A stretch of DNA of 64,000 nucleotides from an uncultured bacterium (GCA_965651925.1 CBFGUK010000001.1:3396-67395); one strand, 5' to 3'. Shown: positions 1 through 9,209, numbered from the stretch's first letter. The notes: generated by a model from the letters alone, not told the origin. Translations and numbers: made by a program.

Positions 1-425
1 GTCCCGGTGAACGCCGGCTTCGCGCCGGTCTGCCACGTCTGCCAGATCGCGCGCAGGGTCGCGATGTACTCGCGCATGCGGGCCACCGGCGCCGACCACG
101 GCACCGAAAAGCGCTCCTCGTTGTGCTTGCGCACCTGGCTGCCGAGGCCGAGCCCGAAGCGGCCGCGCGAGAAGCGCTGCAGATCCCAGGCGAGCTGCGC
201 GACGATCATCGGCGCGCGCGGGAAGGCGATGGCCACCGAGGTGCCGAGGCCGATGCGCGTGCTGTGCTCGGCGGCGAGCAGCAGCGGCAGGAACGCATCG
301 TGGTTGATCTCCGGTGCGATCGCCGTCGAGTAGCCGAGCGCCTCGAGCCGCCGCACGCGCGCCGGCACCGTCCAGAGATCGTCGGCGGCGACGCCGCCCT
401 CGACGAGAAAGCGGGGGGTCGACAT
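1..425 (-). CDS. LLM-class (luciferase-like) flavin/F420-dependent oxidoreductase, N-terminal part (C-terminus lies beyond window start)
   Basis: Reverse-strand translation from ATG(423-425): MSTPRFLVEGGVAADDLW...GLGLGSQVRKHNEERF, typical LLM TIM-barrel N-terminus; ORF runs off window edge. Confidence 0.75.
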   Translation of the reverse strand, partial: MSTPRFLVEGGVAADDLWTVPARVRRLEALGYSTAIAPEINHDAFLPLLLAAEHSTRIGLGTSVAIAFPRAPMIVAQLAWDLQRFSRGRFGLGLGSQVRKHNEERFSVPWSAPVARMREYIATLRAIWQTWQTGAKPAFTG

Positions 426-514
426 GCGGCGCTCCTTACCCGGACCGCGGCGCACCTGCCAGCCGCCACCGCTTCTCCTCGAATCATTTCGCGCGGGGCG
501 CTAGGGTGCGCGGA

Positions 515-2458
515 ATGTTCCCGTGTCCGCTGCGCGGCCTGCTGCTCGCGCTCCTGCTCGTCGCCCTGCCGGCGGCCGCGCAGACGACACCCGTGTCGCC
601 GTCGCGCACGCCGACCATCACGCGCACGCCGACGCGCACGGCCACGCCGCCGAACACGCCGGTGCCGACCCGCACGCAGACGGCGACGCGCACGGCGAGT
701 GCGACCCGCACCCCCTCGGCGCCGCCGACACCGACGCGCACCGGGACGCCGACGCGCACCGCCACCGCCTCGCGGACGCCGACCTGGACGCGCACGCCGA
801 CGCCGCCGGACACGCCGACACGCACCGCGACGCGCACCGGGACGGTCACGGCGACGCGCACGCCGACGAGCTCGCGCACCCCGACGCCGCCCGCGACCAG
901 CACCGCGACGCCCACCGGCACGGTCACCTTCACCCGCACGCGGACGCCGACCGCGACGCGCACACGCACCCCGTCGATCACCCCCACCGGCACGACCACC
1001 GCGACCGCGACGCCGGGCGCGGCCTTTCTCAGCGTCGACCTGTTCGCCGACCGGCTCGGCGACAACAACGACGGCACGTTCACGACCATCCTCACCGCGC
1101 TGGTCTCGGATGCGAGCGGCAATCCGGTCGGCGACGGCATCGCCGTGTCCTTCTCGCTCGCCCCGCCGCAGGCCGGGGTGCTCATCACGCCGACCGGCGC
1201 GACGAACGAGCCGCCGGCCTGCGACGTCACCAATTATGAGCTCGCGACGGGACGGCCCGTGAACCCGCAGCCGGGGTCCGCGCTCACCTGCCTGCGCTAC
1301 GCGCAGAGCCGTCAGGGCGAGGACGTCGTCGTGCGGGCCGAGGTCGTCACCGCCGACGGCGTCGTCGCGGCGCATCGCACCATCCGGCTGCCGATGGCGC
1401 CGCCGCCGTCGCCGAGCGCCACCGGCACGGCGACGGCGACCGGCACCGTGACCCAGACGGGGACGGTGACGCCGACCGGCACCGAGACCGCGACGCCGAC
1501 GATCACCGGCACGCCGACCGATACCGGCACACCGGAGAACACGGCGACGCCGACGCCGACGGCCACCGCGACGATCACCGCGACGCCCACCGAAACGCCG
1601 ACCGTGCCGATCCGCGTCGCCGCCATCGCCGGCGCGGCGCGCCCGGGCGGCGAGGCGGAAATCGCCTTCGAGCTCGCCGACGACGACGGGCTCGTGCATG
1701 GCCTGTCGTTCGACCTGCTGATCGACGAGCCGGTCTTCGACATCTTCCAGATCAGCCGCTGCCGCACCGACGCGACGCTCACCACCCATCAACTGTCGGT
1801 GTCGCTCGCGTTCGATCCGTTCGTGCCGGTCGGCAAGCGCCGCTTCCGCTTCGTGCTCGTGCAGACGGTCGGTCAGGATACCCGCGTGCGCCCCGGCCCG
1901 ATCGTGCAGTGCACGCTGCCGATCGCGGAGGACGCGCCGCTCGGCCCGACGCTGCTGCAGCTCGACCGCCTGCTCGCCGGCGATCGCGACGGCAATCTGC
2001 TCACCGGGGCGCTGATCGTGAACGACACGCTGCTCATCGATCCCGATGCGCCGCTGCCTACCGCGACGCCGACCATCACCGCGACACCGACGGCGAGCGC
2101 GACCCCGACGGCGACCGCCACGCCCACCGCCACGACCACGCCGACGGCGACCGCGACGCTGGTGCCGTCGCCGACGCCGCCACCGACCGCGACGGTGACG
2201 CACACGCTGGTGCCGTCACCGACCGCCTCGCCGACCGAAACGCCGGAACCGTCGCCGACCGCCACCCCGCCGCGCTGCGCCGGGGACTGCAACGGCGACG
2301 CGACGGTGACGATCAACGAGCTCATCACCGCGGTGAACATCGGCGCCGGCCTGCTGCCGGCCACCGCCTGCCCTGCCGCCGATCGCAACGCCGACGGCGC
2401 GGTGACGATCGACGAGCTGATTGCCGCCGTCGGCGCCGCCGCCAACGGCTGCGGCTGA
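515..2458 (+). CDS. Secreted modular protein: signal peptide, three Thr/Pro-rich linkers, cohesin-like domain and C-terminal dockerin-like (two EF-hand-like DxNxDG loops) module
   Basis: ATG 515 gives MFPCPLRGLLLALLLVALPAAAQ signal. The cohesin-like beta domain lies at aa ~370-510 (IRVAAIAGAARPGGEAEIAFELADDDGLVHGLSFDLLID). The C-terminal DCNGDATVTINELITAVN...DRNADGAVTIDELIAAV matches dockerin repeats. Upstream in-frame Met codons lack a signal peptide. Confidence 0.7.
   Translation: MFPCPLRGLLLALLLVALPAAAQTTPVSPSRTPTITRTPTRTATPPNTPVPTRTQTATRTASATRTPSAPPTPTRTGTPTRTATASRTPTWTRTPTPPDTPTRTATRTGTVTATRTPTSSRTPTPPATSTATPTGTVTFTRTRTPTATRTRTPSITPTGTTTATATPGAAFLSVDLFADRLGDNNDGTFTTILTALVSDASGNPVGDGIAVSFSLAPPQAGVLITPTGATNEPPACDVTNYELATGRPVNPQPGSALTCLRYAQSRQGEDVVVRAEVVTADGVVAAHRTIRLPMAPPPSPSATGTATATGTVTQTGTVTPTGTETATPTITGTPTDTGTPENTATPTPTATATITATPTETPTVPIRVAAIAGAARPGGEAEIAFELADDDGLVHGLSFDLLIDEPVFDIFQISRCRTDATLTTHQLSVSLAFDPFVPVGKRRFRFVLVQTVGQDTRVRPGPIVQCTLPIAEDAPLGPTLLQLDRLLAGDRDGNLLTGALIVNDTLLIDPDAPLPTATPTITATPTASATPTATATPTATTTPTATATLVPSPTPPPTATVTHTLVPSPTASPTETPEPSPTATPPRCAGDCNGDATVTINELITAVNIGAGLLPATACPAADRNADGAVTIDELIAAVGAAANGCG
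590..1015 (+). repeat. Coding low-complexity repeat: (ACG/CGC/ACS/CCG)n encoding TPTRTATP-type Thr/Pro linker 1
   Basis: Visible nucleotide-level tandem repetition (acgcgcacgccgac...) translating to TRTPTRTATPP repeats. Confidence 0.7.
1395..1612 (+). repeat. Coding Thr/Pro-linker repeat 2 (GTATATGTVTQTGTVTPTGTET...)
   Basis: Repetitive acc/acg/ccg codons; low-complexity TP-rich translation. Confidence 0.65.
2050..2275 (+). repeat. Coding Thr/Pro-linker repeat 3 (TATPTITATPTASATPTATATPTATTTPTATAT...)
   Basis: Repetitive acc/gcg/ccg codons preceding the dockerin-like module. Confidence 0.65.
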
Positions 2459-2527
2459 TCCGCGGCGCGCCGATGACGCGGAGCGGCGGCACGCGCCGGC
2501 TGCTCCGTGTCATCGGCGGCGCATCCG

Positions 2528-3370
2528 TCACGCCTTCCAGGTCGCCTTCGATTGCGACAGGACGGTGTTGCCCTTCTGGGTCTCGGCGCGAACGATGCCC
2601 TCGCCCGGGCCGGTCACCCAGATCTTCGTGATCACGTCGTCGCCGTAGTACACCTGATCGGCGAAGCGCGCCGAGAACGACGCGAGCCGCGCCGGATCGC
2701 CGCCGCACACCGTGGCGAGCAGGGCGCGGCCGACGATGCCGTACGTGCACAGGCCGTGCAGGAACGGCTGCTCGAAGCCCGCCATCTTCGCGAAGTCGGG
2801 ATCGATGTGGATCGGGTTCGGGTCGCCGGAAAGGCGGTAGATCGCGCCCTGTTCGGGCTGCACGTGATCGGTGACGACGTGATCGGGCGCGCGGTCGGGC
2901 GGCTCGTTGACGCCGGTGGTCGACGGACCGCGCTCGCCGCCGAAGCCGCCGGCGCCGCGGATGAACAGCGTCGCGGTGGTCGTGGCGAGCGGCCCGTTGT
3001 GATCGCGCACCAGCCCCTCGGTTTCGATCACCGCCGCCTTGCCCTTGTCCCACACCGCCGTGATCTTGCCGACCACCTCGACCTTCGCGTCGGGCGGCAG
3101 CTCGCGGTGCAGCGTGATCGCCTGTTCACCGTGCAGCAGCATCGCGAGGTTGATCTCGACACTGCCGATCAGGCCGCCCATCGACAGCATGCCGGGGATC
3201 ACCGCGAAGGTCGGCAGCACGCGCGGCCCCTTGCCCTCGAAGACGTAGTCGAGCTCGCGCTCCGGCTTCGCCCCGACGCCGAGCGCGTAGAGGATGACGT
3301 CCTTCGACTTCCACTCGTACGGCACCGGATCGAAGGTCTTGCCGACGAGGCTGCTCGAGATCTTCTCCAT
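2528..3370 (-). CDS. MaoC-like (R)-specific enoyl-CoA hydratase / double hot-dog dehydratase
   Basis: Translation MEKISSSLVGKTFDPVPYEWKSKDVILYALGVGA... is hot-dog fold hydratase-2-like. ATG at 3368-3370 is preceded by a GGGGGA RBS. The longer ORF to 3436 adds a non-conserved N-terminus. Confidence 0.7.
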   Translation of the reverse strand: MEKISSSLVGKTFDPVPYEWKSKDVILYALGVGAKPERELDYVFEGKGPRVLPTFAVIPGMLSMGGLIGSVEINLAMLLHGEQAITLHRELPPDAKVEVVGKITAVWDKGKAAVIETEGLVRDHNGPLATTTATLFIRGAGGFGGERGPSTTGVNEPPDRAPDHVVTDHVQPEQGAIYRLSGDPNPIHIDPDFAKMAGFEQPFLHGLCTYGIVGRALLATVCGGDPARLASFSARFADQVYYGDDVITKIWVTGPGEGIVRAETQKGNTVLSQSKATWKA

Positions 3371-3467
3371 GGCGGAGTCCCCCTGACGTGTTGGTGTGAA
3401 GCGCCGACTCTCGGTCGAAGGGAATCGCGGAGTCAAGTACAGGCCGTCCCGCGGCGCCCTGCGGCGG

Positions 3468-5591
3468 TCAGCCGTCCCCCTGATTGCCGTCGCGTCGCTC
3501 CGCCGGTCCGGCGGTGACGGCCTGATAGATCACCGCCTCCACCGGATCACTGTCGTACGACAGGTGCCGCGAGCTCGGAATGGCCGGGAACGTCGCCCGC
3601 GCCACCGGCGCGAGCGAGAGCTGCCCGGCGATCGCATCGCAGAGCTCGCGCCCTTCCGGGCTGGCGCACAGCGAGGGGCGGATGTGGATGTGACAGTCGG
3701 CGGGTGCGAGCGCGGCCTCGATCGTGTGCGGGGCGCGCGGATCGATCAGCACCGCCGAGCGCTCCGGGCCGACGTAGGTCGGCAGCACGAGGCTGCGCTC
3801 GCCGGCGAGCGCGACGTACGAGATCCGGCACCCGGCCGGCACGGACTGGAGCTGCCGGCGCATCCAGCGGTACTCGTAGTGATCGGTGGTGCGCGCCGTG
3901 ATGATCGGCAGGCCGGCGTACAGCCAGACGCCAGCCAGCGCGACGGCCGCCGTGGCGAGCAGCACGCGGGCGCGCGCCAGGGCAGCCGGCAGGAGCGCCG
4001 CCAGCGCGAGCAGCGGCATCAGCAGGTACAGCCGGTCGTAAGCCTGCTGCCAGATCCAGCTCTGCGCGTAGCCGTGACGGGTGAGCAGCAGCGCGGCAAG
4101 CGCACATCCCGCCGGCACGACGAGCCGGCGATGACGTGCGAGCAGCGCGTAGGCCGCGGCACCGACAGCCAGCCATGCGAGGGGCTGCAGCGCCGGGGGT
4201 GCCTGCGGGCGCATGATCGTGCCGGCGCGGATGTTCCCGAACACGTCGAGCAGCACGCCGCCGCTGGTGGCGACGATCACGCCGGCGCAGCACAGTGCGG
4301 CGGCGGCGGCCTGCGCGAGCGCACGCGACCAGGGCCGCGCGCCGGCGAGCAGCACCGCCGGCACGGTCGCCGCCACGCCCCACGCCGAGGGATGCGTGCG
4401 CACCGCCTGCGCGAGCAGCAGCCCCGCGGCGAGCCACGCGCCGGCACCGCGCCACGGCGCGCGGTCGTCGAGCGCGCGCGCGCCGAGCAGCAGACACGCC
4501 GCGGCCGCGGCACACAGGAGGATGAGCACCGGCAGGTACGACGGGGTGACCGCCATGCGGATGGCGACGGGATCGAGCGCCACCAGCACGCCGGCCGCCG
4601 CGGCGACGATGCGCGGCAGCCCGAGCAGGCGGGCGAGTCCGTAGGCGAGCGGCGCGAGCAGCGCCGAGAGCAGCGCGTTGGTGACGAACACCGCGCGGTC
4701 GGGCTGCTGCGGCAGCAGCGCCGCCACCGGCGCGAACAGCTCGAGGTAGCCGGGACCGTAATGGGCGATGCGCTCCGGCTCGCGCGCCGCGGCGAGAATG
4801 AACAGCGGGCCGTAGCCGTTGACGTGCAGCGGCCCCCAGGCGCCGAACGCGAGGCGCAGGAGCAGCGCGCCGGCGCCGAGCACGAGCGCGCCGCGCCGAT
4901 CGAGCGGGTCGAGCGGGCGGCGCTCGCGGCCCGCGACCAGCACCAGGACGGCGGCGAGCGGCACGAGCCAGGGGCCGCCGGGGTCGATGCCGGCGCCCAG
5001 CGGACCGATGGCGCCTGCCGCCACGAGCGCCAACGCCAGGAGCACCGCCGCCCACGGCAGCGCCGGATGCGGGACGAGCGCGAGCGCGGCGAGCAGCACG
5101 GCGGCGATGCCGACGAGCATGCCGCGCACGCCGCGCAGCATCTCGGCCGCGCGCGGCATGGCCGTCGCATCGGCATCGCCGAGCGGAATGGCGTCCGGCG
5201 CGGGCAGGCCGCCCGGGTCGCGGGCCCGGACCGCGTTGGCGAGCGCCTCGGTGACCAGCTCCCGTTCACGCGCCGGCGAGCGCGGCGTCTCGTACCCGAT
5301 GCCGAAGCTCGCCGATTCGCGGATGCCCGGCCAGCGGCCGCGCGGCAGCAGGTGCACCTCGACCGCGGCGCCATCGGCCGGCCGGCGCACGTCGAGCACG
5401 ACGTCGTTGCCACCGCCGCGCCGTATCGCATCGATGCGGAAGCCGGCTGGCAGCGGCGCGCCGCTGCTGTACGGCGCGAGCAGCGCGTGCCACGTCGGCG
5501 CGTCGCGGGGGAGAAGGACCTGGACCGCGACGGCGGCGACGAGGGCAGTCGCCGCGGCGACGCGCAGGCGGCAGGCAGCGCGCGCGCTCAC
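3468..5591 (-). CDS. Large polytopic integral membrane protein (~13 TM plus N- and C-terminal soluble domains); possible GT-C-fold glycosyltransferase
   Basis: 707-aa ORF with many hydrophobic helices (LLALALVAAGAIGPLGAG..., LLSALLAPLAYGLARLLGLP...). GTG start overlaps the stop of the upstream LLM gene (GTGA), implying translational coupling. Function is inferred from topology only. Confidence 0.5.
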   Translation of the reverse strand: MSARAACRLRVAAATALVAAVAVQVLLPRDAPTWHALLAPYSSGAPLPAGFRIDAIRRGGGNDVVLDVRRPADGAAVEVHLLPRGRWPGIRESASFGIGYETPRSPARERELVTEALANAVRARDPGGLPAPDAIPLGDADATAMPRAAEMLRGVRGMLVGIAAVLLAALALVPHPALPWAAVLLALALVAAGAIGPLGAGIDPGGPWLVPLAAVLVLVAGRERRPLDPLDRRGALVLGAGALLLRLAFGAWGPLHVNGYGPLFILAAAREPERIAHYGPGYLELFAPVAALLPQQPDRAVFVTNALLSALLAPLAYGLARLLGLPRIVAAAAGVLVALDPVAIRMAVTPSYLPVLILLCAAAAACLLLGARALDDRAPWRGAGAWLAAGLLLAQAVRTHPSAWGVAATVPAVLLAGARPWSRALAQAAAAALCCAGVIVATSGGVLLDVFGNIRAGTIMRPQAPPALQPLAWLAVGAAAYALLARHRRLVVPAGCALAALLLTRHGYAQSWIWQQAYDRLYLLMPLLALAALLPAALARARVLLATAAVALAGVWLYAGLPIITARTTDHYEYRWMRRQLQSVPAGCRISYVALAGERSLVLPTYVGPERSAVLIDPRAPHTIEAALAPADCHIHIRPSLCASPEGRELCDAIAGQLSLAPVARATFPAIPSSRHLSYDSDPVEAVIYQAVTAGPAERRDGNQGDG

Positions 5592-6838
5592 CTGCCCGGC
5601 GTGTCGGTTCCCGCGGGCGCGCGCACGGGGCGTGCGCTGCCCGCATCGACGATGTTGCGCCCGTAGGCGTTGAAGACGGCGATCGCGTCGTCATCCGGCG
5701 CCGGCATGAACGGTTTGCGCGCGATCGCTGCCTCGATCGCCGGGGCGAGCCGCTCGGCCTTGGCGCGCGCGCGCTCGTCCTCGCGCTCCTTGAATTCCGG
5801 CATCACCTCGGCGGCGAACAGCTCGAGCGCCTCGCAGATATGCTCGTGGCGGTTGCGGCCGCCCTGCTGGATGAAGATCACCTGGTCGACGCCGACGTCC
5901 TGGAACTTGCGCAGGTGCGCGCGCAGGTCGTCCGGCGTGCCGATGCCACCGGCCGGGACATCGGGCATCATGTCGCGCACGCCCTCGAAGTTCTTCCAGA
6001 TGTCGGTGCGGCCGGGGCGGTGCGTACCGAACAGGTAGTAGTGCCCGAGCGCGAAGCCGAAGAAGCGGAAGCCGTCGAGGCCGCGCCGGCGTGCTTCCTC
6101 GGCATCGCGATGGCAGGAGAAGCCGGTGACCATGGCGACGTTCGGGTTCGGCACCCAGCCGATCGGCACGCATTCGCGTTCGAACGTCCGGTAGTAGTCG
6201 TCGACCCAGTGACGCGCCTCGTCGGGATCGACGAAGGCGAACGTCAGGGCGCCGAGACCGAGCTGCGCGGCAATGTGGATCGTCTCGCGGTTCGAGCACG
6301 CGAGCCACATCGGCGGGTGTGGCTTCTGGACCGGCTTGGGCACGAGGTTGCGGCACGGCATCGAGAAGTACTTGCCCTCGAAGCCGGGGTAGGGATCCAT
6401 GGCCAGCAGGTTGGCGCACTGTTCGGTCGCCTCGCGCCACATCGCGCGCTTCTCGGCCGGATCGATGCCGAACCCTTCGAGCTCGGCGCGCGAGGCGGAC
6501 TCGCCGGTGCCGAACTCGACGCGCCCGTTCGAGACGAGGTCGAGGGTCGCGATGCGCGCCGCCACCTTCGCCGGGTGGTTGTACTTCGGCGGCATCAGCA
6601 CGATGCCGTGACCGAGGCGGATGCGCCGCGTGCGCTGCGAACAGGCGGCGAGGAACACCTCCGGCGCCGGCGAGTGCGAGTATTCCTCGAGGAAGTGGTG
6701 CTCGACCTCCCAGGCGTAGTCGATGCCCAGCCGGTCGGCGAGCTCCACCTGGTCGAGCGCCTCCTGGTACAGGCGCAGCTCGTCCCCTTCCCCCCACGGC
6801 CGCGGCAGCTGGTGCTCGTAGAAGATGCCGAACTTCAT
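5588..6838 (-). CDS. LLM-class flavin/F420-dependent oxidoreductase (luciferase-like monooxygenase family)
   Basis: MKFGIFYEHQLPRPWGEGDELRLYQEALDQVELADRLGIDYAWEVEHHFLEEYS... The ATG at 6836-6838 has an AGGAGG RBS. The annotated longer ORF to 6976 is an N-terminal artefact. Confidence 0.8.
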   Translation of the reverse strand: MKFGIFYEHQLPRPWGEGDELRLYQEALDQVELADRLGIDYAWEVEHHFLEEYSHSPAPEVFLAACSQRTRRIRLGHGIVLMPPKYNHPAKVAARIATLDLVSNGRVEFGTGESASRAELEGFGIDPAEKRAMWREATEQCANLLAMDPYPGFEGKYFSMPCRNLVPKPVQKPHPPMWLACSNRETIHIAAQLGLGALTFAFVDPDEARHWVDDYYRTFERECVPIGWVPNPNVAMVTGFSCHRDAEEARRRGLDGFRFFGFALGHYYLFGTHRPGRTDIWKNFEGVRDMMPDVPAGGIGTPDDLRAHLRKFQDVGVDQVIFIQQGGRNRHEHICEALELFAAEVMPEFKEREDERARAKAERLAPAIEAAIARKPFMPAPDDDAIAVFNAYGRNIVDAGSARPVRAPAGTDTPGR

Positions 6839-6870
6839 GCGGTCCTCCTGCGTCGGGAGCAGATGAGTAG

Positions 6871-6957
6871 CCACCGCGGCTGCGGGGACACCGAGTCGAA
6901 CCCTCGGTTCACGAGACCTGACCGACTCTCGACTCGGTGTCCTCCCAGCCGCGGTGG
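6871..6957. repeat. Conserved intergenic hairpin element, copy A (outer stem CCACCGCGGCTG/CAGCCGCGGTGG, inner stem GACACCGAGTCGA/TCGACTCGGTGTC)
   Basis: Perfect nested inverted repeats seen directly. Related copies occur at 23251-23348, 24048-24135 and (right arm only) 19246-19290. Confidence 0.7.
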
Positions 6958-6968
6958 CCAGATTCCGA

Positions 6969-6996
6969 CCGGTCACCGGTCACTGGTCACCGGTCA
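6969..6996. repeat. Tandem heptanucleotide array (CCGGTCA/CTGGTCA)x4, 8 nt downstream of the trx-TPR gene stop
   Basis: ccggtca ccggtca ctggtca ccggtca read directly; period 7. Confidence 0.8.
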
Positions 6997-7004
6997 CGCT
7001 TTTC

Positions 7005-7859
7005 CTACCGGAAGAGGACTTTTGCCAGCTCGGAACGGAAGCGGTCAGCGAGCGGATCGCCGGGACCGAGGAGATCGAAGATGTCGATCATCGCCTTGCG
7101 GGCGCCGTCGTCGCGGAAGGCGCGATCGCGCTGCACGATGGCGAGATAGTGCTCGAGCGCCTCCTCGTGGTTGCCGGCGGCGGCGAGCGCCTGGGCGAGC
7201 GTGAAGCGCGCCTCGAGGTCGTCGGGATTGGCATCCACCTGCGCGCGCAGCCCGGCCTCGTCGCCGGCGCCGGACTGGCGGATGCGGATCGCCGCCGCGA
7301 GGCGATCGGCGGCCTGACGATGCGGGCCGGGGGCGACGCGGTCGAGCAGCTCGAGCGCGGCGCTGTCCTCGTCGCGGCCCGCGAGGACCGTGGCGAGGCC
7401 GACCAGCGCCGGCTCGCAGCGCGGCTCGAGCTCGAGTGCGCGGCGGAACTCGCTTTCCGCCCCGGCGACGTCGCCGGCGGCGAGCAGCGCCTCGCCGGCG
7501 GCCGCGGTCTGTTCACCGACACTCGGCAACAGCCGGGCGAGGAACTCGCGCACCGCCGGCTCGGGCTGCGCACCGACGAACTGTGCGGCGAGCTGGCCGT
7601 CGCGCAGGCCGACGACGAACGGGATGCTCTGGACGCGGAAGACGCTGGCGAGCGCCGGATTCTCGTCGATGTTCACCTTGGCGAGCACGAAGGCACCGCC
7701 GTGTTCGTCGGCCAGGCGCTCGAGCAGCGGCCCGAGCGCGCGGCATGGTCCGCACCACGGCGCCCAGAAGTCGACCACCACCGGGACCTGCCTGGACCGT
7801 TCGATGACTTGGGCTTCGAAATCCGCGTCGGTAACGTCGATGACGTGCTGTCCGGGCAT
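7005..7859 (-). CDS. Thioredoxin domain protein with C-terminal TPR repeats (YbbN/CnoX-like co-chaperone)
   Basis: WAPWCGPC thioredoxin active site near N-terminus; C-terminal TPR-like helical repeats (EALEHYLAIVQRDRAF...). Confidence 0.8.
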   Translation of the reverse strand: MPGQHVIDVTDADFEAQVIERSRQVPVVVDFWAPWCGPCRALGPLLERLADEHGGAFVLAKVNIDENPALASVFRVQSIPFVVGLRDGQLAAQFVGAQPEPAVREFLARLLPSVGEQTAAAGEALLAAGDVAGAESEFRRALELEPRCEPALVGLATVLAGRDEDSAALELLDRVAPGPHRQAADRLAAAIRIRQSGAGDEAGLRAQVDANPDDLEARFTLAQALAAAGNHEEALEHYLAIVQRDRAFRDDGARKAMIDIFDLLGPGDPLADRFRSELAKVLFR

Positions 7860-7887
7860 GGAAGTCAGGATGCCAGATGCAGGTGAA

Positions 7888-7915
7888 GCTGTCAGCGGTC
7901 AGCCGTCGGCGGTCA
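7888..7915. repeat. Tandem heptanucleotide array (GCTGTCA GCGGTCA GCCGTCG GCGGTCA), left arm of element E, 29 nt upstream of trx-TPR start
   Basis: Direct reading; period 7; inverted relative to the 8021-8062 array. Confidence 0.75.
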
Positions 7916-8020
7916 GTCGGAAGCTGGACCGGCGCGGCGCGAAGCCCGGAATGAGGACGCCCCATGCACCCGGACCTGCTTCCGAACTTCGCGATCTTCG
8001 TCTTTGGGTTGGCTTCCCAG

Positions 8021-8062
8021 GCTGACAGCTGACTGCTGATGGCTGACAGCTGACCGCTGACA
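8021..8062. repeat. Tandem heptanucleotide array (GCTGACA)x6, right arm of element E, abutting the stop codon of the Hsp15-like gene
   Basis: gctgaca gctgact gctgatg gctgaca gctgacc gctgaca; reverse complement of the left-arm unit. Confidence 0.8.
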
Positions 8063-8063
8063 G

Positions 8064-8435
8064 CTATCCGAAGAACCGCTTCATCTGCCGCCGGTCCTTC
8101 TTCGTCGGGCGGCCGCCGCCGCGTTCGGGGTGGGGCGCGGCGGGGTCGGGTGGTGGGGGTGGCGGACTGCGATCCTCGTACAGGGCGCGTGCCGCCGTCG
8201 CCGGGCCGCGACGCTCGGCGATATCGATGACCTTCCAAATGCGTTTGCCGCCGGGGGTGGTGAACGTCACCTCGTCGCCGGGGCGGATCAGCTTGTGCGG
8301 CTTGGCGGTGGCGCCGTTCACCGTCACCTTCCCGCCGTCGCAGGCCTCGGCAGCCAGCGAGCGTGATTTGAAGGCGCGCGCCGCCCAGAGCCATCGGTCG
8401 GCGCGCGTTGCAGGGGACTGGGTCTGGTCCGTCAT
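8064..8435 (-). CDS. hslR: Ribosome-associated heat shock protein Hsp15 (S4 RNA-binding domain)
   Basis: RADRWLWAARAFKSRSLAAEACDGGKVTVNGATAKPHKLIRPGDEV matches the Hsp15 S4 domain; basic C-terminal tail. Confidence 0.7.
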   Translation of the reverse strand: MTDQTQSPATRADRWLWAARAFKSRSLAAEACDGGKVTVNGATAKPHKLIRPGDEVTFTTPGGKRIWKVIDIAERRGPATAARALYEDRSPPPPPPDPAAPHPERGGGRPTKKDRRQMKRFFG

Positions 8436-8492
8436 GTCGTCCCGGCAGAGGCGGCGGGGAGGGGGGAGCTCCCCGCCGCCGTGCCGGATCAC

Positions 8493-8711
8493 TCATGCGG
8501 CAGCGTGCTTCACCACGCCCTCCTCGTCCAGAGGGAGCGGTTCGAACGGCACCGACACGGTGTCCACGGCCGCCGGACGCTGGGCTTGCAGCACCAGCAC
8601 CAGCGTCCGCACCGCGGCGAGGAGCGCCGCGATGGCCAGACCGGTGAGGAACATGCCGCCGGACCAGGTCAGCGTCACGGGAATCACGCCCGTGTACGGA
8701 TACCAGAACAT
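8493..8711 (-). CDS. Small hypothetical membrane protein (72 aa, one TM helix)
   Basis: MFWYPYTGVIPVTLTWSGGMFLTGLAIAALLAAVRTLVLVL...; start chosen at internal ATG; no family recognised. Confidence 0.35.
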   Translation of the reverse strand: MFWYPYTGVIPVTLTWSGGMFLTGLAIAALLAAVRTLVLVLQAQRPAAVDTVSVPFEPLPLDEEGVVKHAAA

Positions 8712-8760
8712 GGAACACCTTCCTTTCAGGGTGACACTCCAGGTGCGGAACGTGCCGCGC

Positions 8761-9027
8761 CTAGGCCGCAACCGCGCGGATGCCGGTGCCGCCATTGACG
8801 CTGCTCCGCTCGACGCCGTCCGCCTCGACGGGTCCGAGGAACCACTCCATCGGCCGGCCGGTGTGGCGGGCGATGCGGAACAGAACCTCGGTCGAGGGGA
8901 TGCGGCCGTTCATGTAGTTGTAGACGGCCGACAGGCTCACGCCGATGTCGTACGCAAACGCCTTCGGCTCGTCTGCCACCACTTCGCGCAGCCGCTCAGC
9001 CACAAAATTCGCATCGAGCCCTTCCAT
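8761..9027 (-). CDS. XRE/Cro-C1-type helix-turn-helix transcriptional regulator (88 aa)
   Basis: KAFAYDIGVSLSAVYNYMNGRIPSTEVLFRIARHTG HTH motif; AGGAGG RBS 7 nt upstream of ATG. Confidence 0.7.
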   Translation of the reverse strand: MEGLDANFVAERLREVVADEPKAFAYDIGVSLSAVYNYMNGRIPSTEVLFRIARHTGRPMEWFLGPVEADGVERSSVNGGTGIRAVAA

Positions 9028-9143
9028 CGTCGAATCCTCCTTTCACAGTCGTTCGTGCTGCTCCCGCGCGCCGCGTGAGCTGACGGCTTCTCCGCCGGCC
9101 GGCCGGATCGCTCGCCGCCCTGGTCCTTCCGCGCCGAAGGGCC

Positions 9144-9187
9144 AAAAAAAAGGGCCACCGGTTTTCACCGGTGGCCCTTTGGGTTTG
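9144..9187. terminator. Strong bidirectional Rho-independent terminator (A-run, GGGCCACCGG-TTTTCA-CCGGTGGCCC hairpin, T-rich tail)
   Basis: Perfect 11-bp GC-rich stem flanked by AAAAAAAA and TTTGGGTTTG; reads as hairpin plus U8 on the minus strand, downstream of ddl. Confidence 0.85.
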
Positions 9188-9209
9188 AGATTCCTGGGGT
9201 GTGTTGCTG

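Noticed and set aside
123-2203. Long overlapping ORFs (123..1262 +, 206..2203 -, 484..1233 -, 523..1239 +) across the Thr/Pro linker region
   Set aside because: Alternative-frame and antisense readings of the ACG/CCG codon repeats give Arg-, His/Asp- or Val/Gly-rich nonsense. Only the +2 frame starting at 515 has a signal peptide and folded domains.
3547-5431. Arg/Ala-rich ORFs (3547..5055 -, 4277..5431 -, 3396..5666 +) overlapping the membrane-protein gene
   Set aside because: Off-frame or antisense artefacts; the frame at 3468..5591 gives a coherent polytopic membrane protein.
8227-9078. 283-aa plus-strand ORF spanning the Hsp15 / small membrane / HTH genes
   Set aside because: Antisense to three well-supported minus-strand genes; low-complexity Ser/Arg-rich translation.
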